In this document: positions 36,529 to 45,326 of the stretch, piece by piece | Layout: the number at the start of each line of letters is the position of its first letter | Position numbering within the stretch: position 1 is the stretch's first letter | UHGV virus genome: UHGV-0076294 | Reading direction: 5' to 3' (one strand) | DNA from: a virus | DNA: 64,000 nt | Translations under genes and position numbers: made by a program | The notes under the pieces: generated by a model | The model's database searches: none | What the model was told of the DNA's origin: nothing | What the model saw: only the letters and a program-made list of their open reading frames with translations

Positions 36529-39033
36529 ATGTTAAAAGTTGAACGTATTGTACTTAAAGGGTTTACCGGAATGGGATTACACGAAATCGAAACCTTCGAT
36601 TTTACTATCCATTCCCCAACCACCATTATCCTCGGTGGTAACGGCTGCGGTAAGACCAGCTTACTGTCCGTGTTTCTACCTATCGCACCTTCGAAATCCG
36701 AATTCCGTGACGGGGGTTCTTACACCAACATCTGTTTGGTTAACGACCATCGTTACAAATTTAAGGTTGCACGTAAAGGCAACTCACTGGTTTGCGATAT
36801 CGAGAACCTGACGACGGGCACCAAAATCGTCGAACAAGGTAATGCGAAAGTGTATAACTCTCGTGTAGAAGAAATCACGGGCATTACAAAAGAGATTAAA
36901 GAGTTACTGAACGGAGAAGTGCTTTTAACGGATGCAGGAACGGAACTGCGTCGTAAGTGGTTCTACCGTTTAAGTACGTCAGACTTAACTTACGCGTTAG
37001 GTTTTTATCAACGTTTACGAAAAAACCTGACGATGTTAAACGGCGGTATTGAAATCACCAGCCGCAAGATTGCAGAGTTGCGTACCCGCGTGATTGATAA
37101 CGAGGAAGAACGTCAGCAGTTAGCAACACGGTTAAAAGCATTAGAAGTGGATTTACGTGAAGTCAACAAACAGATTGAACAACTGCCTGGTCTGAATCGC
37201 GACGTTACGGTGGCAACGATTCAATCGCTATTGCTTAAAATCGAAGCACCGATTAATGCTATCTTGGAACACCGTGGCGGATTACCTACGGAAGAACGGG
37301 TAGAGGAAGCACGACGCGTTGAAGCCACTGCCCGTGAAGCGGTGGTCTCTGCTGAAACAGAACTGTCCATGCTAAACAAAGATTTGTCTTTGTTGATGGA
37401 CGAGTCTACCCGCCAAGATTACCTGATGCGGAATCACGAAGGGTTAAAGAACACGGTTGCAAAACTGCGTGAGTTATTAAAGCAGTGGGACACCGAACAT
37501 CTTTTCCCTGAACTGTTTGCGGAGACCGTTAACATCGACCAGCTTAAAGCAGCGACGGATGCGCGTGTCTGGGGACAACGTTTAGGAACAACGCTGGACG
37601 CCATTAAATCGACAGAACGGTTGAACGTACTGGAAGAGAAACTGTTGACCTTAGACCAAAACTCATCTGGGTTGCGTGACCGACTACAACGCGTTGAAAA
37701 CGTATTGCAGAACCTCAACCACGAACGGAATCACTATTTGGAAACCGCCGAGGTTGATTGTCCGCAGTGTCAATTTAAATTCCGTCCGGGCGTGCGTCGT
37801 TCTTTGCCTGAATTGGAAGAAGCCATTCGTGGACAAATGGAGCAACGTAATACGTTACAGACTCAGCTTGATTCCGTATTGCGAGACCGTACGGAATTAG
37901 AGTCGGACGTTAATTACATGCGTCAAGTACGAGAAATCGTTTTAACATACTCGAAAGACCCGGTATTGAGTTTGTTCTTTAAACGTCTCCAGGAGCGGAA
38001 TGTCTTTACGGATAACCGCAGTCAATTCGGCAGTTTGTGTGCAGAGTTCGATCGTGAACTTTATTCCGCAATTGAATACCACGAAACGAAACACCGTTTT
38101 GCTAAAGCGGAAAAAGAGTGGGCAAACGCAGTTGCAGCGGTAGGTAACGTTGACGGTGCACTACAGCAGAAAATTGCCTTCCAGCAGGAGCGTTTGGGTA
38201 AGGCGACAGAAACGCTCTCAGAGCGCCGTAGAGAGCACGCAGTTGCTAATGATACCTTTTGTTATCTAAACGAACTTAAAGCCACTGTAGACAATTTTAA
38301 TGCGGTTTTTGAGCGTTTAGAGAACGATGTTAAGGTAACATTAACCAATACGGTGGTCGAAACGTTATTAAACGCCCGAGAAAACAAGTTGGATGCGTTC
38401 ACCACAGCACGGGAACGGTACCGTCAGATGGAAAACGAGCTCAACCAACTTACTGCGTTAGAAAAGGAGTTATCGGATTTACAGGCACAGCAATTCAATA
38501 ACAAACTGATGATTCAAGCGTTCTCGCCCGAGAAAGGGGTATTACGCAAATACTTCTACAACGCTATCGTGAGAATCACAGAATTAATGACGCGCTATAT
38601 CGAACAAGTCTGGACCTACCCTATGCGGGTCATGCCGTGTGACTTAACCGATGGTGACTTAGACTACACGTTCCCAGTGCAGTTAAAAACCCATCCTGAA
38701 CCGGTACCTGACGTGCGGAAAGGGTCGAAAGCACAGCGAGCCATCTTTAATTTGATGTTTCGTTTAACCGCTTACAAAGCCCTGAAACTTCATCAGTATC
38801 CGCTACTGTTGGATGAACCGTCAGAAGGGATGGATGAGGAACACCGAAATAACCTCGTCGGGTTTATTAAAACCCTGGCGAATTCCGGTGAGTTCTCTCA
38901 GTTACTGGTGGTATCTCACGAAGCAGAAATTCATTCAAAACTTAACGAAGCCGCATACTGTGTTATTGAACCTGAAGGCGTAACACTGCCTGCGGTATAC
39001 AACGAGGGAGTAAAAATTGTCTACGCAAACTGA
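36529..39033 (+). CDS. Rad50/SbcC-like recombination ATPase (T4 gp46-like)
   Basis: Walker A GGNGCGKTS near N-terminus, long coiled-coil middle with CPQC zinc-hook-like motif, C-terminal Walker B LLLDEPSEGMD and following SHE; SD ggaggtgg before ATG 36529. Confidence 0.75.
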   Translation: MLKVERIVLKGFTGMGLHEIETFDFTIHSPTTIILGGNGCGKTSLLSVFLPIAPSKSEFRDGGSYTNICLVNDHRYKFKVARKGNSLVCDIENLTTGTKIVEQGNAKVYNSRVEEITGITKEIKELLNGEVLLTDAGTELRRKWFYRLSTSDLTYALGFYQRLRKNLTMLNGGIEITSRKIAELRTRVIDNEEERQQLATRLKALEVDLREVNKQIEQLPGLNRDVTVATIQSLLLKIEAPINAILEHRGGLPTEERVEEARRVEATAREAVVSAETELSMLNKDLSLLMDESTRQDYLMRNHEGLKNTVAKLRELLKQWDTEHLFPELFAETVNIDQLKAATDARVWGQRLGTTLDAIKSTERLNVLEEKLLTLDQNSSGLRDRLQRVENVLQNLNHERNHYLETAEVDCPQCQFKFRPGVRRSLPELEEAIRGQMEQRNTLQTQLDSVLRDRTELESDVNYMRQVREIVLTYSKDPVLSLFFKRLQERNVFTDNRSQFGSLCAEFDRELYSAIEYHETKHRFAKAEKEWANAVAAVGNVDGALQQKIAFQQERLGKATETLSERRREHAVANDTFCYLNELKATVDNFNAVFERLENDVKVTLTNTVVETLLNARENKLDAFTTARERYRQMENELNQLTALEKELSDLQAQQFNNKLMIQAFSPEKGVLRKYFYNAIVRITELMTRYIEQVWTYPMRVMPCDLTDGDLDYTFPVQLKTHPEPVPDVRKGSKAQRAIFNLMFRLTAYKALKLHQYPLLLDEPSEGMDEEHRNNLVGFIKTLANSGEFSQLLVVSHEAEIHSKLNEAAYCVIEPEGVTLPAVYNEGVKIVYAN

Positions 39034-39217
39034 TTGGTGGCGTCAGTTACTAAGCGTTTTAGGGTTTAGCGTCATGGTGCTGGTTGCCATTCTGTACGTG
39101 CTATTTTGTATAACGGCGATTTTATGGGTGGTCTTAGCGTACGCGATTAGGCTCACCTGGGGTTCAATTTGGCACCAACGCGAATGTGAGTGGCGGTGTG
39201 TTGGAGGGAAGTCATGA
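39017..39217 (+). CDS. Small membrane protein candidate
   Basis: TTG start with SD gagggag; hydrophobic stretch VLGFSVMVLVAILYVLFCITAILWVVLAYAI. Confidence 0.3.
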   Translation: MSTQTDWWRQLLSVLGFSVMVLVAILYVLFCITAILWVVLAYAIRLTWGSIWHQRECEWRCVGGKS

Positions 39218-39324
39218 TTGAGGGTATTCTGTTAACACTTGGGTCGTTGTGGATTATTGGGAAATCCCTCAACTGGCTGATTAATAAGTACGGATGGGCT
39301 TTCAAAGGCTCTACGCACAGTTAA
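39214..39324 (+). CDS. Small hydrophobic peptide candidate (36 aa; not in ORF track)
   Basis: SD ggaggg 5 nt before ATG; ATGA overlap with previous ORF; MIEGILLTLGSLWIIGKSLNWL...; followed by hairpin. Confidence 0.35.
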   Translation: MIEGILLTLGSLWIIGKSLNWLINKYGWAFKGSTHS

Positions 39325-39331
39325 GTTAGGA

Positions 39332-39360
39332 CCCCCTCCTGGGTAACTGGGAGGGTGTTT
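39332..39360 (+). terminator. Hairpin terminator
   Basis: ccctcc...ggaggg followed by tgtttt. Confidence 0.45.
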
Positions 39361-39374
39361 TACGAGGGAAAACC

Positions 39375-39503
39375 ATGACTGTTGTCAATACTACCAATGC
39401 TGCAATTGGCGCTTTATACAACGCGGAACTAACATGGGGTGCGGGTTTTATTACCGTACTACTTCTTGCCGCAGCCGCTTTTATCATTGGACGTTGGTTT
39501 TAA
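39375..39503 (+). CDS. Small membrane peptide candidate (42 aa; not in ORF track)
   Basis: SD gaggga; MTVVNTTNAAIGALYNAELTWGAGFITVLLLAAAAFIIGRWF has a clear TM segment. Confidence 0.35.
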   Translation: MTVVNTTNAAIGALYNAELTWGAGFITVLLLAAAAFIIGRWF

Positions 39504-39535
39504 TTTCATCTTTTTGCGTCTGTAAGGTCTGATAA

Positions 39536-39979
39536 ATGGAAATTTATTTGTTGAACGCACTTTCTAAAATCGGTGAAGAACAAGCGAAAGATTTACTCGC
39601 ACTTCATTACCGTTACTTAGATCATCAAGCAACGATGCTGAAAATCAAAACCGCTGTACCGAAATTAAACGTGCGTCAACTGATCGAAGGCAACTGTGTT
39701 GTTCTGATTTATATCGACGATGTTGCGGCGGGTTATTGCAGTTACCGTAATCGCAACGGGGTACTCAAAATTCGTTCGCTATACGTGCTGCCCGATTACC
39801 GTCAGCGTGGGGTAATGAAAGAAATCTTCAAAGCGATAGCCGCTGATGAAGCATTCGGTGAAATTGCAATTGGGATGTACACGAAGTGCAAAGAAGCGAA
39901 AGAGTATTTCATTCGTCGTGGCTACAAAGCAACCTATTCTCACGATAAAGAATGGGTGGATTTCAGTAAAACTTTCTAA
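39536..39979 (+). CDS. GNAT-family N-acetyltransferase
   Basis: Motif VLPDYRQRGVMKEIF matches the GNAT acetyl-CoA binding region (R/Q-x-x-G-x-G/A). Confidence 0.6.
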   Translation: MEIYLLNALSKIGEEQAKDLLALHYRYLDHQATMLKIKTAVPKLNVRQLIEGNCVVLIYIDDVAAGYCSYRNRNGVLKIRSLYVLPDYRQRGVMKEIFKAIAADEAFGEIAIGMYTKCKEAKEYFIRRGYKATYSHDKEWVDFSKTF

Positions 39980-40045
39980 AACAATAAAGGCTCTCTTGAC
40001 GTTCCTCACTATGAGTGTGAGAATTTTACGTCGGGAGAGCTACTT

Positions 40046-40282
40046 ATGTTAAACAGTTTCGGTGTAGGTGGAATGGATACAAGCATTTGCTGGAAAGAAT
40101 ACGAACGCGCAAAGGCATTTCTCCAGCATCCCAACGTGGGTAAGATCGGTCAGGTGTGCTTTGGTAAACCTGCACTGACAGCCTGTATTCAAGGTGCGTT
40201 AGGGACGCTGCCACCTGAATCACCTTTCGAGCCTAAGGAGAATCCAGATGTTACCAGGAACCCAAACCCCGTATCTATTTAG
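40046..40282 (+). CDS. Hypothetical protein
   Basis: SD gggagag; short ORF. Confidence 0.45.
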   Translation: MLNSFGVGGMDTSICWKEYERAKAFLQHPNVGKIGQVCFGKPALTACIQGALGTLPPESPFEPKENPDVTRNPNPVSI

Positions 40283-40622
40283 TGAACCACTGGATAACAG
40301 CGACATCTTACAAATCTGCTATCAGTGTCACGAAATCGGTGGTAGTGAACTTACGCGGGTTAATAAACTGCTGTGGCTGATTCCAGAAATCGAATTACCG
40401 TTTGTTAAGCCTAGCTTGTGGCGTCGTGGTGCGTGTCGCGAAGCGTATATGCTGTCAAAATTTAACATTAATCTGGAGAAGGTCTGGGAGAAGATGAACG
40501 ACACCCAAACCCGAGAACAGATTACTCACACGCTGGAATTGCACCTTGCCATGAAACGCCTCGGTCTCGAACACGAAGGACTGGAGTCCGTTATCAGTCA
40601 ATGGGTGAAAAGGAATCGTTAA
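40248..40622 (+). CDS. Hypothetical protein
   Basis: SD aaggagaa; overlaps previous gene. Confidence 0.5.
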   Translation: MLPGTQTPYLFSEPLDNSDILQICYQCHEIGGSELTRVNKLLWLIPEIELPFVKPSLWRRGACREAYMLSKFNINLEKVWEKMNDTQTREQITHTLELHLAMKRLGLEHEGLESVISQWVKRNR

Positions 40623-40695
40623 TGTCTAAAACGTATATAGCGATTTTGGTTGAGTTGGCGATTGGTGGTACGCGGTTTATCCCTGTGCATCAATT

Positions 40696-41220
40696 ATGCT
40701 TACCTCACTCGGTAAGACCGTTATGCTAACGATACTTCCAGAATCGGATATTGACAACGACCTGTTTAACGCCCCTGAGCGCTTCAAGGTCGTTACGATA
40801 AATTGTGTAGGGGCAATGGGTCGGGGTATCGCTTTAGCGTGCAGAGAACGCTATCCTGGTCTTTATCAGGACTACCGAGAACGTTGCTTCGCTAACGAGA
40901 TACGAATAGGGAATGTGTACGTTTATCCCGAGGAAAACTGCATTCTCTTACCAACTAAAACACATTGGAAACTGAAATCCCAGGTTTCTTATGTTATCGC
41001 GGGTATCACCGCGTTGGCAGATGCCGCAGAAAACTTAGAGGGTGGGGTGGCTTTACCGCCGTTAGGGATGGCCACCGGTTGGTTGACAAAAGCTGAACGT
41101 CAACAAATCTTTTTGTTTATCGAAAAGAAACTCGTACCAAGGAGACAACATTACCGTTTCTATTTACCCGAACCGCTTTACCAAGAAGCAAAACCTTTAA
41201 TTCCAAACCTTTTTAAATAG
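40696..41220 (+). CDS. Macro-domain-like protein (ADP-ribose binding/processing candidate)
   Basis: VVTINCVGAMGRGIALA resembles macro-domain VNAAN..GGGV motif and GGVALPPLGMATG resembles the IAFPAIStGiyG motif; start uncertain (40696 or 40723). Confidence 0.45.
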   Translation: MLTSLGKTVMLTILPESDIDNDLFNAPERFKVVTINCVGAMGRGIALACRERYPGLYQDYRERCFANEIRIGNVYVYPEENCILLPTKTHWKLKSQVSYVIAGITALADAAENLEGGVALPPLGMATGWLTKAERQQIFLFIEKKLVPRRQHYRFYLPEPLYQEAKPLIPNLFK

Positions 41221-41235
41221 ATATTATCATTAGGG
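41218..41235 (+). promoter_or_regulatory. AGATATTAT-type motif (candidate promoter) upstream of lytic transglycosylase gene
   Basis: tAGATATTATCATTAGGG; variant of the motif at 28648 and 32954. Confidence 0.3.
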
Positions 41236-41320
41236 CACACAACAAAGGAGTACCAGCTGTCCGCGCCGTGATTTCGTTCTACGGAATACGGAAATGTATA
41301 AATCCAACTGGAGAACTAGT

Positions 41321-42007
41321 ATGTTTCGTATCTTCTTTCTTTTACTGGTAACACTTTTCGCGTTTAACGCATACGCATCCAAATCCGCACCCAGTGCCAA
41401 ACACCATCGTGAATTCGAAATGATTCAAGACCGTTTCGAACGGGTAAAACCGTTGATTGTGGAAATCTCTCGAAAGCAGGGTGTTGATCCTAATTTAATG
41501 ACCACGCTAATCTATCGAGAGTCACGGTTTAATCCGAAGGCGTATAATCGAACGTCTAAAGCGCACAGTCTGGTTCAGATGCTACCGAGCACAAAGCGCA
41601 ATTTGCTAAAACTCTACGGTGCCGAAATCGGACTTAGTCGCAATGCGGATTTGTACAATCCTCGTAATGCGGTGCTATTGGCTTCCGTCTACGTTAAACA
41701 TTTAGAAAAGGGGTTAACTAAACGACTCAAACGCAAGCCCACTATTGCAGAAATAGCATTGGCTTATCACTGGGGTGAAAGCGGTGCACACGCCAGGATT
41801 AAAAGCAAGTCTCGGGCAGCACAACGAGAAATGGCGAGCTTTATGAAAGATGCAACGTTCTACAGTGCGAAAATCAACAAGCCTGTAGCATCTCGTCAGC
41901 TTGCGTTTGCGAAGAAACCAGAACGCCAGATTCAGTTAGCAGAAGTTAACCGAATTTGGGATACGATAAACACCAGTTTTCCATTTAAACAAGGAGTCAC
42001 CCTTTGA
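41321..42007 (+). CDS. Lytic transglycosylase (SLT domain) with signal peptide
   Basis: SD tggagaa before ATG 41321; signal peptide MFRIFFLLLVTLFAFNAYA; catalytic-region motif YRESRFNPKAYN...AHSLVQMLPST. Confidence 0.7.
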   Translation: MFRIFFLLLVTLFAFNAYASKSAPSAKHHREFEMIQDRFERVKPLIVEISRKQGVDPNLMTTLIYRESRFNPKAYNRTSKAHSLVQMLPSTKRNLLKLYGAEIGLSRNADLYNPRNAVLLASVYVKHLEKGLTKRLKRKPTIAEIALAYHWGESGAHARIKSKSRAAQREMASFMKDATFYSAKINKPVASRQLAFAKKPERQIQLAEVNRIWDTINTSFPFKQGVTL

Positions 42008-42513
42008 GCATCGTTGTAACCGATTGGTATAAAGGTATCACTAAGGCTACCCAAATTACTGCCCAGGACGTGTACAGTATCGTTCGTAGCAGTAACGAAG
42101 ACCAGATAAAGTCCGACGAAGACTTTGCAACGCGTCATGAGTTTTACGATGCCCTTAAAACGGCTTTCGGTGACGACGAAGAAGAAGGTTTAGAGTTTGA
42201 CTGGAACGTCAACCTTGCCTTATTGTGGATTTGCGGATTGCGTCCGAGTGTGAGAGACACGGAGCAAGGAAAAGTTCTGTTGTGGCATCACACCGGTAAA
42301 TACAATCCGAACCAGGTCTTTAAAGAAGCGTATATGGAAGCCACTGTAGAGTTACAGAATCTGCTGTTGGGTGAGAACACCTACTGTCAACGCAGCTTCC
42401 TGACGATTCTGGAGAAACTGGCGTCTACACACAAAATCTGGCGTCAGGCAGATGCCCCTGAGCACATCTTCGTTCTGGAATTTGCTGTGATTCCAAACCA
42501 GCCGTTCTTTTAA
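42004..42513 (+). CDS. Hypothetical protein
   Basis: TTG start with SD aaggag, overlapping previous stop; followed by terminator. Confidence 0.45.
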   Translation: MSIVVTDWYKGITKATQITAQDVYSIVRSSNEDQIKSDEDFATRHEFYDALKTAFGDDEEEGLEFDWNVNLALLWICGLRPSVRDTEQGKVLLWHHTGKYNPNQVFKEAYMEATVELQNLLLGENTYCQRSFLTILEKLASTHKIWRQADAPEHIFVLEFAVIPNQPFF

Positions 42514-42519
42514 TACTTG

Positions 42520-42554
42520 CCCCTAATCCAATCGGATTAGGGGTACTTTTATTT
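42520..42554 (+). terminator. Rho-independent terminator
   Basis: cccctaatcc-aatc-ggattagggg followed by tacttttattt. Confidence 0.7.
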
Positions 42555-42576
42555 ATTCCCCTAAAGGAGCAAAGGT

Positions 42577-43056
42577 ATGTTGAAGTTTATCTGGCGTTAC
42601 CCAACCCGCTTTTGGTTCGTGGTATTAGAGGTAATCACCGTTTTACTGTTAGTGACGTTCGTAAACGCCTCTACGAAACAAATGGTGATTTTCTGTGTAT
42701 TCGACGCTATACCGTTGTGGGTATTTGCAAAGATTATTAAGTTTTACATGATAAGCTGGGCGAACTACACCTGTCCATTTAAACCCAGAGAAATCATGAA
42801 CTGGTTGATGTATATCGAAGACCGTTTACCCGCTCAGTCTAAAACGTTAGGCTGGCAATCGATGTTGGATATTGCGCTAGAAACAAACGCAAAATTCCCT
42901 GGGTCAAAGAATCCTTATTTGCTGCTGGCTGTTATTGTTGCCCAGCAGAAACGTGCAGGCGAACGTTGGTTACCGAAAGAAGCGAAAGAGTATATTCGTA
43001 AACATCCGAAGGCTTTCTATTCCGTAGGTCAATGGCGTAACCTCCCACTCTTTTAA
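42577..43056 (+). CDS. Membrane protein (two predicted TM helices)
   Basis: SD aaaggagcaaagg; hydrophobic segments FWFVVLEVITVLLLVTFV and MVIFCVFDAIPLWVFAKII. Confidence 0.5.
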   Translation: MLKFIWRYPTRFWFVVLEVITVLLLVTFVNASTKQMVIFCVFDAIPLWVFAKIIKFYMISWANYTCPFKPREIMNWLMYIEDRLPAQSKTLGWQSMLDIALETNAKFPGSKNPYLLLAVIVAQQKRAGERWLPKEAKEYIRKHPKAFYSVGQWRNLPLF

Positions 43057-43109
43057 CTTTTTTACAAAACCCTTAGTTGATTTGAATAAACCTAAAGAGG
43101 ACTATTAAA

Positions 43110-44045
43110 ATGACTTTTCCATCTGAAGTAATTTACGAACTGGCTAACACACTACGTCGTCACTATAGCGCCAAGATGATGCAAACCCATGTGGGTGCGA
43201 CCGCTGACTTTTTGCGCGGCCATTTCCTGGGCAATAACCCGCCATCTATTACACAGGAAACGGTTTTCTCTATCGATCGTGCCTCCTTAATTCTTCCAAT
43301 CGACCACGCCATTGCGGTTCAAGAAGGGAATACGTTCAACTTCTCTATGGGAATGCGACGTTCGTCTATCGCCGTTAACTCAAACATGGGAAATAACCCG
43401 TCTTTCGTACAGAACACGCACTCTGCAGAACACGGTAACTGGTTCGTTGTTGTAGAACAAGGCGTGAATCAGTATGACGTTGTTGCAGCTCGCGATGAAT
43501 CTTTCTTTGAGCTGGGACAGATTTCTCGCCGTCGTGAAATTGCGCTTGACCTACGTCAAGGTAATATCGGATTAAGTGGGACCAGTGTCTATTTCATCCT
43601 GAGCAGTTGGGCACATGTAAGTTATGTGCTGAAAAATGCCAGTCCGACGTTCCACGCAACGACGGTAGAATTTCGTGGCCTTGAGATAGAATATCGTGAC
43701 GAAGAAGAAACGGTACCTGGCACAGAGGTCGCCATTTGTGAAAACTACGATGATCTGAAATCTGTGCTTGTTAAGCGTGATGTTTTCGAATCGTTAAACT
43801 TGGATTTCCCCGGCGATGAAAATGAAATATCCGTAGCTGACCTGGTAGAAACATTGTGTCAGAAAGACCAAGCTAACGAAATTAGCGACGAAGAAGCAGA
43901 ACTCTTCCAAGTTCAACAACTCATCAGCAAGGTTATCGGCGGTCAGGAAATTGTTGACACCCTTATGGCTTTACCACCGAAGAAACGTACTCAAAAGTAC
44001 ATTCGTGAACTGGTTCTTGAAAACCTGGGTCAAGCCAAAAAGTAA
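43110..44045 (+). CDS. Hypothetical protein, paralog of 44107-44655
   Basis: SD aagagga; N-terminal similarity to next gene; followed by terminator. Confidence 0.55.
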   Translation: MTFPSEVIYELANTLRRHYSAKMMQTHVGATADFLRGHFLGNNPPSITQETVFSIDRASLILPIDHAIAVQEGNTFNFSMGMRRSSIAVNSNMGNNPSFVQNTHSAEHGNWFVVVEQGVNQYDVVAARDESFFELGQISRRREIALDLRQGNIGLSGTSVYFILSSWAHVSYVLKNASPTFHATTVEFRGLEIEYRDEEETVPGTEVAICENYDDLKSVLVKRDVFESLNLDFPGDENEISVADLVETLCQKDQANEISDEEAELFQVQQLISKVIGGQEIVDTLMALPPKKRTQKYIRELVLENLGQAKK

Positions 44046-44052
44046 TTTAAAT

Positions 44053-44087
44053 CCCCTACTCCCGGAGGAGTAGGGTTAATTCTTTTT
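44053..44087 (+). terminator. Rho-independent terminator
   Basis: cccctactcc-cgga-ggagtaggg followed by ttaattcttttt. Confidence 0.65.
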
Positions 44088-44106
44088 CCATCTTAGGAGT
44101 ATTAAA

Positions 44107-44655
44107 ATGTTTCCATCATCTGAATATTTAACCCACCTGGCTTACGGTATTCGTCGAGGTTCTGTTTTCCGTACACGTTTAAAGGACGTAAATTTCCTGG
44201 CTAATTTCTTATTTAACCATTTGGGAGATGGAACTAACGTTTACAAAAAGATCACCACAACACAACTTTATTCCCTTATAGCGGCGTCTGAAATTGTACC
44301 TACAGATATTTGGCGATTCAAGCGTTATAACGGAGATATTACGATCAGTTTTCTTGATCATTCTCCTATTACCGTTGAAATCGTCGAACGCGTTGATATT
44401 AATAGTGAAGTGTCTGGTTGGAAGATTCTGTTTGATTGTGGCAATCGTTATGCGGTACTTGGCTCCTCTGATGAACGTGACTTCCCATTCGACAAACCCT
44501 ACTACTACCTCAGCGAAGATGATTTCCCGGATAAAGAATCCAATATCTTTTTAAACGGGGATACCGTTTACTTCATTTTTCGTACTTGGAACGATGTTGC
44601 TGCTATGATTGCTCAAGGTGTCATCGATTACCGTAAACTAGAAGTCGACATTTAA
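44107..44655 (+). CDS. Hypothetical protein, paralog of 43110-44045
   Basis: SD aggag; followed by bidirectional terminator. Confidence 0.55.
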   Translation: MFPSSEYLTHLAYGIRRGSVFRTRLKDVNFLANFLFNHLGDGTNVYKKITTTQLYSLIAASEIVPTDIWRFKRYNGDITISFLDHSPITVEIVERVDINSEVSGWKILFDCGNRYAVLGSSDERDFPFDKPYYYLSEDDFPDKESNIFLNGDTVYFIFRTWNDVAAMIAQGVIDYRKLEVDI

Positions 44656-44661
44656 AATAAA

Positions 44662-44700
44662 AGCTACCCTACTCCTTTTCGGGAGTAGGGTAATTTCTTT
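44662..44700. terminator. Bidirectional terminator between convergent genes
   Basis: ccctactcc-ttttcg-ggagtaggg followed by taatttctttt. Confidence 0.65.
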
Positions 44701-45323
44701 TAGTTAACTAACCCGTTAGCTTTAAGAATCTCTAACATCTGGTTGTTTAACTCTTTTAATTTTTTGTTTTCGTTTGTCAACGAAGTAACTTGTTCTGACA
44801 ACGGAATAGCCTCTCGAATTTTCCTTTTCCGAGCCGCTTCCATTTGCAGGTGTTGCTCCTCCGTCACTTTCCCTTCATACTCCATGGTCGTGATTTCGAC
44901 TTTCGGGTCGATACCCAACGTACGGGTAAGAATATCCGAAACGTCTTTAGTCATCACCGACACATCTACATAATCCGGTACAAACGATAAGTCCACCACC
45001 ATCACATTACGCTGGTACGCGATTCCCGATAAACCGGGGCACGATTCTACGTAAGTGTCGGGGATATAAACGACTTGACCATCGCGTGATTTAAACGTAA
45101 GTATTGACGCGTTAACAGTGGCATCAGCAAGATATTCTTCTCGCTCCAACCCAACGGGCTTGTAATACTCGTTGTAAACATCAATATTCTGACGTACTAA
45201 ATCTGGGAAGGTACGTGATGCCTCCACCGTGAAGATAACCGTTTCGGCTAACGTAAACGGTGTTTTTACCTTAAATAAACCCGTTGTGTTAACGGGAACC
45301 AAAAGAGGTAAACGCGTAGCCAT
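44700..45323 (-). CDS. Hypothetical protein
   Basis: ORF on minus strand ending at bidirectional terminator; C-terminal coiled-coil-like KKLKELNNQMLEILK. Confidence 0.5.
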   Translation of the reverse strand: MATRLPLLVPVNTTGLFKVKTPFTLAETVIFTVEASRTFPDLVRQNIDVYNEYYKPVGLEREEYLADATVNASILTFKSRDGQVVYIPDTYVESCPGLSGIAYQRNVMVVDLSFVPDYVDVSVMTKDVSDILTRTLGIDPKVEITTMEYEGKVTEEQHLQMEAARKRKIREAIPLSEQVTSLTNENKKLKELNNQMLEILKANGLVN

Positions 45324-45326
45324 TCA

